This document shows positions 9,965-17,139 of a DNA stretch of 64,000 nt, piece by piece. The DNA lies in assembly GCA_963708185.1 (NCBI GenBank), contig OY970195.1:1216001-1280000 (forward strand), read 5' to 3'. How positions within the stretch are numbered: position 1 is the stretch's first letter; each line of letters opens with the position of its first letter. The notes beneath the pieces were generated by a model that was given only the letters and a program-made list of their open reading frames with translations, ran no database searches and was not told the DNA's origin. This stretch comes from Candidatus Peregrinibacteria bacterium. Its GTDB lineage: Bacteria > Patescibacteriota > Gracilibacteria > UBA1369. Position numbers and translations under genes: made by a program.

Positions 9965-10670
9965 GTTTTTCTTTCAGTTCTTTGAGCTTTTTTTGTTTTT
10001 CTTTATGCCGGCCTTCGATGTAGTAGGCGATGCCGAGGACAAAGAGGGCGAAAGAAAACCAGAAAGTCGGGGTTTTGGTTGTTTTTAAAAGATTTGCCTG
10101 GAAGTCCCCCGGAAGAGGCTTTGGGTGGTTTGTGACGTTGAGGTAAACAGGAAGAACGATTGCTCCTTTGGTTTTGATTTTTGCCTGGGAAGATTGTTGA
10201 ACAAGACTTTTTTCGAGGGTGATACCGGCATTGTAGTTTTCCGAAAGCTGTGCGTCTTTGGGGACTGAAATGGTAAAGTTGAAGGTTTTTTCTTGGTTTG
10301 GGCCCAGCGTAAATGTGTTTTGATCAAAACTTATCCATGCACTTTCGAGTATTTTTGGAGCATTTTTGTCCAGGAATCTCATGTTGAGATTTTTGTCATA
10401 CCCTGAGGGCACAGCGTAAACTTCGAATGTGGCAGGTGTATCTCCAAGGTTTTTTGCCGTGACCTGGTCGGTAAAGGTGTCGCCCGGCTTGAGTTCAAGG
10501 TACAGTTCTTTTTGATTCTTGAAGGCAGGATTCGCAGAGCTAAAACTGAACCCGTTTGCCGGGTTGCTCTCGGCCGTATTTGTGGATGCCAGCGCAGGGG
10601 CTGCCGCTGACATTGTCGCAAGGACGAATGTCATGATGACGAGCGAGTTTTTGAAGGAAATTTTTTTCAT
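9957..10670 (-). CDS. DUF916-like membrane-anchored protein, short form
   Basis: Signal peptide; LELKPGDTFTDQVTAKN, AWISF, YNAGITLEK, LPVYLNV; C-terminal TM plus basic tail; paralogue of 6579-7376. Confidence 0.65.
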   Translation of the reverse strand: MKKISFKNSLVIMTFVLATMSAAAPALASTNTAESNPANGFSFSSANPAFKNQKELYLELKPGDTFTDQVTAKNLGDTPATFEVYAVPSGYDKNLNMRFLDKNAPKILESAWISFDQNTFTLGPNQEKTFNFTISVPKDAQLSENYNAGITLEKSLVQQSSQAKIKTKGAIVLPVYLNVTNHPKPLPGDFQANLLKTTKTPTFWFSFALFVLGIAYYIEGRHKEKQKKLKELKEKRD

Positions 10671-11869
10671 TATTTTTTCTTGGATATCGGCATAAGCAGT
10701 GTTTGTCCTTTCTTCAGTTCGTAGGGGGGGTGCAGTTTGTTGAGGTGGACGATTTTTTTCCAGTTGACCCCTTGTTTCGCCGCTATTGAAGTGATGCTTT
10801 CACCTTCGGCTACGACGTATTTTGTGGAATGGACTTTCTGGGAATGGCCATAGATCAGTTTCACAACGAGAAGGATGATGGCAAGAAGGATGACGCCGCT
10901 CACAATCCAGATCAGCCACCATGGGATGATGGTGAAGGTGACCTCTTTGGTCATGACCTTGGGGTTTGATTTTATCCCGGTGTTAATATTCAAATCCCAA
11001 TAGGTCGTTGTGGCCTTCGCTGTATATTGGCCGTATAAAGGTTTTTTATCCCATGTCAGCGGAATATCGATATTCTGGCCTTGAAAAAGCGTAATGTCAT
11101 TCGTCGTTAAGGTATTTGCCGTTGCCATGTCCTGTAGCTTTTGCTGCTCTTCTTTGGTTGATATGGCAGCGGCCTGCTGTTGGGTGATTGATTGATCAAT
11201 GAGCGACTGGTCAATACCGTCTGGCTGGCCGTAGATTTCCACTTTGGTTTGGAAAATAATCGTTGTGTTGCCATCGTTGGTAAATTTCAGATCGAAAAAC
11301 TGACTGTTCTTTACGTCACTTGAATGGCCAAAGTTCTGCCAGTTAAATTTTGACGTAACTTCCCCTGGCACGGTCACGTAGACTGGTAAAACCGACCTGG
11401 CAACCAGGTTGACCGATGTTCCTTTCCCTGCGCTTGGATTTGGGACGGAAGAAATCACGATACCTCCTGAATATGACCCTGGAGTAACTTGGCCTGGCAG
11501 GGTGATGTCAAATTGTACCTCCTGTCTGGTATTACCGGGGATCGTTATGGTGTCCGGAGATATGGTTGTCCAGACGCCGATGCCTTTTTGTTTTACATCG
11601 AGTGTTGTTACGGTAAAGGTTCCCTGGCGCGAGAGTACGCCGTCTGCTCCATACAGTTTTACCGTGGCGGGGTCCGGAGAGCTGTTGGAAACAAGGACAT
11701 TGTCCTGGATGGTGTCTCCGGGGTTGGCCTGGTAGTCCAATTGGTAGGCCGAGCCATTGGTTGCCTGGATGCCGAATCCTGCTTGGGTAACGGGCACTGC
11801 GGACACAAACAGACTCGCAATGAGGCCGAATGCGGAAATTTTTGCTGCTAAGCGAGGCATCAGTTTCAT
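10670..11869 (-). CDS. DUF916/DUF3324-like WxL-interacting protein with TM and C-terminal LysM
   Basis: LYGADGVLSRQGTF, GIGVW, PGSYSGGI, FTNDGNT, WDKKPLYG, IIPWW+TM; LysM YVVAEGESITSIAAKQGVNWKKIVHLNKL. Confidence 0.78.
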   Translation of the reverse strand: MKLMPRLAAKISAFGLIASLFVSAVPVTQAGFGIQATNGSAYQLDYQANPGDTIQDNVLVSNSSPDPATVKLYGADGVLSRQGTFTVTTLDVKQKGIGVWTTISPDTITIPGNTRQEVQFDITLPGQVTPGSYSGGIVISSVPNPSAGKGTSVNLVARSVLPVYVTVPGEVTSKFNWQNFGHSSDVKNSQFFDLKFTNDGNTTIIFQTKVEIYGQPDGIDQSLIDQSITQQQAAAISTKEEQQKLQDMATANTLTTNDITLFQGQNIDIPLTWDKKPLYGQYTAKATTTYWDLNINTGIKSNPKVMTKEVTFTIIPWWLIWIVSGVILLAIILLVVKLIYGHSQKVHSTKYVVAEGESITSIAAKQGVNWKKIVHLNKLHPPYELKKGQTLLMPISKKK

Positions 11870-11907
11870 GGTTTTCGAGGAAAAGAGCTATGTGTTACTT
11901 TCTATTA

Positions 11908-11936
11908 ATTATACACTTTTTTTGAAGTTTTGTGAA
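11908..11936 (-). promoter_or_regulatory. sigma70-type promoter for the 11869-start operon
   Basis: Minus-strand TTCACA-N17-TATAAT. Confidence 0.6.
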
Positions 11937-11959
11937 TACGTTTTGTCTACAATTTAACA

Positions 11960-11992
11960 CAAAAACCCCGGGGTTTTACCCCGGGGTTTTTG
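11960..11992. terminator. Intrinsic terminator (bidirectional, nested palindrome)
   Basis: CAAAAACCCCGGGGT-TTT-ACCCCGGGGTTTTTG perfect inverted repeat downstream of 12045-13394. Confidence 0.85.
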
Positions 11993-12044
11993 AACTGAAT
12001 ACTTCATGTGATTTTCTCAGTTGTAACGTCTAAAGCGAATCTAA

Positions 12045-13394
12045 CTATCCAATTCTAAAGTGGGTAGTATTGAGATCGATGACGTCGATTTCCACAGTAC
12101 TGTTCGACGTAAAGTCTACGGCAGAGGTGTAATCGGCTGCACGCTGAACAGTGATATCGGTACCGTTGAGAGCGTTTACAGCTGTTACCAAAACATGTTC
12201 GGTTGCGGTAGTGGCACTACCAGAATCGGTTCCATGGAGGATGAGTGTATCACCAACGTTATAGACCGAGTTGTTAGTCGTCGTCAATGTTGTGGTCGTT
12301 GCATTTACGGTAGCGGGGGCAATTGCGCTTTGAAAGAATTGACCGACAGCATAGACGCTGGTTCCTGCGTTGTATGAACTCGCGGTTGAGTCGAGGAATC
12401 CGCGGACGATGGTAGCGGTGTAAGCAACGTCATCAATTGCTGTTACTTCTACATATTCTCCGCCGATCGCAAAGACTGCCGGAAGGCTGTTGTTCTTGAT
12501 CTGGGTCATAACGGAAACATTTGCAGGGTCCCAATTCATCGTTGTCGCTGAACTGGTAAGAGGCTGTGTTAATTTTGTAACGACATTTCCACAGTTTTCA
12601 GGGGACCAGGTGTACGTAACGGTGGCACTATAATCGCCGGCAGCCTGGTTTGAAGGAACATTTGTCAGAGCCAGCGCGACACCTGAACCGAAACTTGAGT
12701 TCTTGGAAGAACAATATTTCAGTACGTCGATAGGTGTCGTTGGCGTAAGTGCATTCTGGTAGTTGCCAAGATCATATGTAGTTACGTCCCCGTTGTTATT
12801 CAGGACCGGAGTAACGTCAGTTACCTGCTGGGGAGCCGTGACATCGTGGTTGTCACCAGGGTTGTTTACGGAATCTGCAGCTTTGTTGTAAATGACCGTT
12901 CCATCGGTACCATCAAGATTTGGTGACGGGAATAATGTGCTGTATGCCGAATCAGCGTCGATATTGCCGGTTGTTACCAAATAAAACGGAGAACCTGTTG
13001 AAGGGGTAGTGTCGATGATTGAACCAGCACCAGAGGTTTCAAAATCCGTGGCTGTTGCCGTTACGGCACCACCTTCGGTTGTACAACCGTTGGCTCCGCC
13101 ACTTTGATGGTCAGTGACGACCAAAAGATTGTCGCCAGGAATTGATGTTGCACTTCCGATGCTTGTATCGACTGCATTACCACCTGAACCGGCAGTAAGC
13201 GGAGTGAGTGTTACGCTTCCTGCTGTTTGGTTCGGAATGTGATCCAAAGTAACAGCTGGAGGAGGGTTGCCGGCGTTGTACGGACAACCGATCGTTTCGT
13301 TCGCTGTTTGCTGACCGAACGCAAGGCTAGGGAGTAAAAGGTTTGCTGCCAGGGCGATGACGCCTACTGTTGCAGCTATTTGATGTTTTTTCAT
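12045..13394 (-). CDS. Secreted WxL-like protein with C-terminal beta-rich duplicated module; candidate major subunit
   Basis: Signal peptide (AFG-Q); LVVTDHQSGG..GGAVTATATDF; QAAGDYSATVTYTW; then two related modules (EYVEVTAI...TIVRG.. / EHVLVTAV...TVQRA..). Confidence 0.6.
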   Translation of the reverse strand: MKKHQIAATVGVIALAANLLLPSLAFGQQTANETIGCPYNAGNPPPAVTLDHIPNQTAGSVTLTPLTAGSGGNAVDTSIGSATSIPGDNLLVVTDHQSGGANGCTTEGGAVTATATDFETSGAGSIIDTTPSTGSPFYLVTTGNIDADSAYSTLFPSPNLDGTDGTVIYNKAADSVNNPGDNHDVTAPQQVTDVTPVLNNNGDVTTYDLGNYQNALTPTTPIDVLKYCSSKNSSFGSGVALALTNVPSNQAAGDYSATVTYTWSPENCGNVVTKLTQPLTSSATTMNWDPANVSVMTQIKNNSLPAVFAIGGEYVEVTAIDDVAYTATIVRGFLDSTASSYNAGTSVYAVGQFFQSAIAPATVNATTTTLTTTNNSVYNVGDTLILHGTDSGSATTATEHVLVTAVNALNGTDITVQRAADYTSAVDFTSNSTVEIDVIDLNTTHFRIG

Positions 13395-13477
13395 ATTTTG
13401 TTTTGGGTTAGGGGATAAATATGAAAAGGTTTTTTTGAAGTATTAAATTTGTTTTGGGTTTTTTAATGCTTCAGATA

Positions 13478-13506
13478 ATTTTAACAATAAATTCCTAATG
13501 TGTCAA
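13478..13506 (-). promoter_or_regulatory. Near-consensus sigma70 promoter for 12045-13394
   Basis: Minus-strand TTGACA-N17-TAAAAT. Confidence 0.75.
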
Positions 13507-13550
13507 TAGTGTCATGATATTTTTATGATAAAACCTCCCTTGATTACTGG

Positions 13551-15737
13551 TTATGGGCAGAAGGACGTGCCGTCGGCAATGGTTTTATCAATGATGGTGA
13601 AGGTGATGGTGTTCTGATACGTATCCGCGGGGGTGGTTCCGGGTATCTGCAACAGGAAGGACGGATACACCGTGTAGTTGCCGAGGCGGCCCTGGGAGCT
13701 GCAGGCGGAACCTTCGAAGACGACCATGGGCACGGAGAATCCGGGGTTCATGCTGTCTTCGGTGAACATGGTGTAGTTGGAGGTGTCCGTGGCCGGGGTG
13801 GCGAGGATCGGCGAATAGACGGGAGGAGTGTCGGGCTTGGGGGTTTCGCTGAAAACGGTGCTTGTGGGGGAGAACCTGATCTGGGCATTGGCAACATCCA
13901 GGCCCGAGGTCATGGTGTCGAAAGGCGGGACCGAGGCGAGAACCGGGACGCCGGTGTTGTTGTCGTAGATGGCGATAGTGGGGGTGGTAATAAAGTCAGT
14001 GATCGGCCCGAAGTGGTATTCGATGCGGCCGTCTTTGAAGATGGATACGTTGAATTCGACGTCTCCGGCCGGGTGGCCATCAACGTTGCGGATGTTCGCT
14101 TTCCAGCGAAGATGGACTTCGTTGCTGGAGACTTCATTATAGTAGACGCCGTTGTTCGAATCGAAGGTGCTGTCGGTTTCTGTGGTGAGGGCGTTGCTCG
14201 TGCTCATTTCGTAGTAGGGAAGCATGATGCCGTACGCTCCGCTCGGCGGAGGGCCGGTGTTCTGGCAGACCGCCGTGAAGTCGCTGGGGTTGTAACTGAG
14301 GAGGTCGGCGCCATGGATGACCAGCCCCGACGTACAGATGTAGATGACGTTGCCGGTGTGTCCGTACATGGTGACGTTGAAGGGCAATGTCTGGCTGATG
14401 ACCGCGCCGTTGGCCTGGGAACCCGCGATAAGGGTCCCTTCGCTTGATGAATAGTTGTTATCGAGCTTGTCGGTCTGGCTGTAATCTTCGGTGCCGGTCT
14501 CGAGTTCGGTGAGGGCGCCGAGGTTGCTCACGGCGATGCTGTTGGAAGGGTTGTTTTGACCGACGTAATCGGTGGCGGTCATCTGGACCTCGAAGCCGCC
14601 GGAAAATCTTTTGTCTTCCGCGGTAAGTTTTTCGCCCGGGCCCTGGGCGTTCTGATAGATGGTATTGTAGGTCTGGAAATCGGTGATGGTGATCGGGGGA
14701 AAGTTGAAGTTTGCCGGGACGCTCGTGAGCTGCAGGATTCCCGGGTTGATGATCTCCTCTCCCTGGCCGACACTGGATGTTCCGCCCGGTGCTGCGACCG
14801 GAGCAAAAACCTCGATGCGGAAGTTTCCCTGGTCTGAAACGTACACGTTTCCGGTGGGGCCGAAATCGATGCCGGAGGGACTTTTTGGAGTTTGTCCCGA
14901 TCCGTTGAACTGCCCGTCACCGGATCCGGTTGAGCCGAACTGGGACTGGTAGACGCCGGACGAATCAAAAATCTGGACGCGGTTGTTGCCGGAATCACCA
15001 ACAAGGATGTCTCCGTTAGTGTTGATGGCGACCGAGCTGGGAATGCTGAACTGTCCGTCACCGGATCCGGCAGAGCCGAACTGGGACTGGTAGACGCCGG
15101 AGGAGTTGAATTTTTCAACGCGGTTGTTGTTGCCGTCGGCCACGTAGATGTTGCCGAGGTTATCGAGCGCGATGCCTTTGGGCGCGTTGAACTGTCCGTC
15201 GCCGGCTCCCGCGGTCCCGAACTTGAACTTGAAGGTCCCGGACGAATCGAATTTCTGGACGCGGTTGTTGCTTTCATCAACGACGTAAATGTTACCGGCG
15301 CTGTCGAGTGTCATGGCGCTCGGCCCGTTGAACTGTCCGTCGCCCGTTCCGGCAGAGCCGAATTGGGATTGGTAGACGCCGGAGGAGTCGAATTTTTCAA
15401 CGCGGTTGTCCGTCAGGCCGACGACGTAAATGTTGCCGGCGCTGTCCACGCCGATGCCCCTGGGGTTGGTGAGCCCTCCACTGAACTGTGAGACGTAGTT
15501 CCCGGAAGCGTCGAAGATCTCGATGCGGCTGTTGCCTGCGTCGGTGACGTATACTTTTCCCGCCGCATCAACCGTCAAACCGCCGGTTCCAAAAAGTTGT
15601 CCGTCACCGGATCCGATCGTTCCAAACTGGAAGGAATACGAATAGGGAACACTTTGGGCAAATGCAAAAAACGGAACCGCAAGATTTATCCCGAGGACGA
15701 TGGTGACAATGGCGGTGATCTTTGGGGAAAGTTTCAT
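13551..15737 (-). CDS. Secreted NHL-repeat beta-propeller protein with C-terminal WxL-like domain (candidate adhesin)
   Basis: About six NHL repeats (FGSAGSGDGQF..P..IA.D..GNIYVAD..NNRVEKF); PGILQLTSVPANFNFP, LTAEDKRFSGGFEVQMTATDY, C-terminal PADTYQNTITFTII. Confidence 0.8.
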   Translation of the reverse strand: MKLSPKITAIVTIVLGINLAVPFFAFAQSVPYSYSFQFGTIGSGDGQLFGTGGLTVDAAGKVYVTDAGNSRIEIFDASGNYVSQFSGGLTNPRGIGVDSAGNIYVVGLTDNRVEKFDSSGVYQSQFGSAGTGDGQFNGPSAMTLDSAGNIYVVDESNNRVQKFDSSGTFKFKFGTAGAGDGQFNAPKGIALDNLGNIYVADGNNNRVEKFNSSGVYQSQFGSAGSGDGQFSIPSSVAINTNGDILVGDSGNNRVQIFDSSGVYQSQFGSTGSGDGQFNGSGQTPKSPSGIDFGPTGNVYVSDQGNFRIEVFAPVAAPGGTSSVGQGEEIINPGILQLTSVPANFNFPPITITDFQTYNTIYQNAQGPGEKLTAEDKRFSGGFEVQMTATDYVGQNNPSNSIAVSNLGALTELETGTEDYSQTDKLDNNYSSSEGTLIAGSQANGAVISQTLPFNVTMYGHTGNVIYICTSGLVIHGADLLSYNPSDFTAVCQNTGPPPSGAYGIMLPYYEMSTSNALTTETDSTFDSNNGVYYNEVSSNEVHLRWKANIRNVDGHPAGDVEFNVSIFKDGRIEYHFGPITDFITTPTIAIYDNNTGVPVLASVPPFDTMTSGLDVANAQIRFSPTSTVFSETPKPDTPPVYSPILATPATDTSNYTMFTEDSMNPGFSVPMVVFEGSACSSQGRLGNYTVYPSFLLQIPGTTPADTYQNTITFTIIDKTIADGTSFCP

Positions 15738-15743
15738 ATCCCC

Positions 15744-15772
15744 ATTATACCAAACATTTTTGCGGGTGTGAA
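15744..15772 (-). promoter_or_regulatory. Promoter, probably leaderless transcript
   Basis: TTCACA-N17-TATAAT with extended TGn; only 6 nt between -10 box and ATG at 15737. Confidence 0.7.
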
Positions 15773-15800
15773 TGGCAGAAACTGCCTTTTTGCTCCACGA

Positions 15801-16562
15801 CTAGCGGTATCGGTGGAAACGCAGTCTCATGGCGTTGAAGATGAACTCCCAGATATCTTTGTGTCCCAGCTTGGAAACGCCTTTTTTCCTGGAGTGGAAC
15901 AGGATGGGGATTTCAATAATCCTGAGTTTTTTTCTGGTGGCGGCGTGAATGAGCGTCAGCTGGAACGCGTAGCCGTTGGACTTGAGTTGTTCGAGATGGA
16001 GATTTTTGAGGAAATCCGCCTTGATGCAGCGGTAGCCGGAGGTGCAGTCGTTGATGCCTTTGATTCCTGCCAGGATCCTTCCGCCGACGTTGGCGAGCCA
16101 GGAGTAGAGTTTGCGCTTGAACTCCCAGTTGGGGCAGTCCCCGCCGGGGATGTAGCGCGAGCCGATGATGAATTCGTAGCCTTTTTCCGCCATTTTGAGG
16201 AAGCGCGGAATGTCCCCCGGATCATGCTGGAAGTCCGCGTCCATCTGGAAGATGTAATCGGGACGGAGGTGTTTGATGGCGTAGGAAAATCCCCGTTTGT
16301 AGGCTTCGCCAAGACCTTTTTTGTTTCCGTTGAGGAGGTGGAGATTGGGGCGGTCCTTTTGGAGCGCTTCCACGGCTTCGGCCGTTTTGTCCGGCGAACG
16401 GTCGTCCACCACCAGAATGTGCATGGACCAGCCGGGAACTTTCTGAAAAATTTTTTCCAGGGCTTCGATAAGCCGCCCGATGTTTTCCCTTTCGTTGTAG
16501 GTCGGAAGGACGATGACCGCCGTTTTTTGGCTTTGTTGAGGGCTGTGGTAGAATGCTGTCAT
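15801..16562 (-). CDS. Polyprenol monophosphomannose synthase (DPM1/Ppm1-like GT2)
   Basis: VLPTYNERENI, VVDDRSPDKT, GLGEAYKRGF, QMDADFQHDP, IGSRYIPGG, DCTSGYR, SNGYAFQ, EIPILF..R..GVSK; ATG 16562 chosen over TTG 16592. Confidence 0.88.
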   Translation of the reverse strand: MTAFYHSPQQSQKTAVIVLPTYNERENIGRLIEALEKIFQKVPGWSMHILVVDDRSPDKTAEAVEALQKDRPNLHLLNGNKKGLGEAYKRGFSYAIKHLRPDYIFQMDADFQHDPGDIPRFLKMAEKGYEFIIGSRYIPGGDCPNWEFKRKLYSWLANVGGRILAGIKGINDCTSGYRCIKADFLKNLHLEQLKSNGYAFQLTLIHAATRKKLRIIEIPILFHSRKKGVSKLGHKDIWEFIFNAMRLRFHRYR

Positions 16563-17139
16563 GGACGAAAAAATTTCAGCAATACTGCGCAAACTTGAAC
16601 AGGTTCCCGAGCGGGGTCATACCTTCTGGAACGTTCCTCCTGAAACCGGTAAATTTTTGAATATTCTTACAGGAGCGGTGAATGCCCGGAAGGTTTTGGA
16701 AGTCGGAACTTCCAACGGATACTCAGGATTGTGGTTTGCTGAGGCATTATCACATACGGGTGGTAAATTGTATACCGTTGAATCGCACCGGGAACGTTTC
16801 GAACTGGCCCGGCAGCATTTTGGTGAGGCGGGAGTTACGGAATGGGTTCAGCAGGTCCCGGGGCACGCTCCGGAAGTTTTTGCGCAGCAAGAGTTCTCCG
16901 GCATTTTTCTTGCGGACTCTTTCGATCTGATTTTTCTGGATGCCACGAAAATGGAATACGCTTCTTATGTTGAGGCCGTGCTGCCTTTGCTGAAAAAAGG
17001 AGGCGTGCTCTTGGCGGACAACGTGATTTCGCACGCCGGTGAACTCGGCGATTTTCTGGCGAAGGTTCAGGAAAAAAAGGAGCTTTCAGCGGTAACGCTT
17101 CCACTGGGCAGCGGGGTGTTGATGGCGCTGCGGAGCTGA
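16561..17139 (+). CDS. SAM-dependent O-methyltransferase (caffeoyl-CoA OMT/Methyltransf_3 family)
   Basis: VLEVGTSNGYSGLW, FDLIFLDATK, LKKGGVLLADNV. Confidence 0.9.
   Translation: MDEKISAILRKLEQVPERGHTFWNVPPETGKFLNILTGAVNARKVLEVGTSNGYSGLWFAEALSHTGGKLYTVESHRERFELARQHFGEAGVTEWVQQVPGHAPEVFAQQEFSGIFLADSFDLIFLDATKMEYASYVEAVLPLLKKGGVLLADNVISHAGELGDFLAKVQEKKELSAVTLPLGSGVLMALRS

Noticed and set aside
15597-16598. Long antisense ORFs (e.g. 15597..16598+, 7141..8010+, 5663..6511+, 32617..33606-, 62353..63363-)
   Set aside because: They lie opposite clearly recognisable genes, have no motifs and are expected shadows of GC3-biased coding sequence
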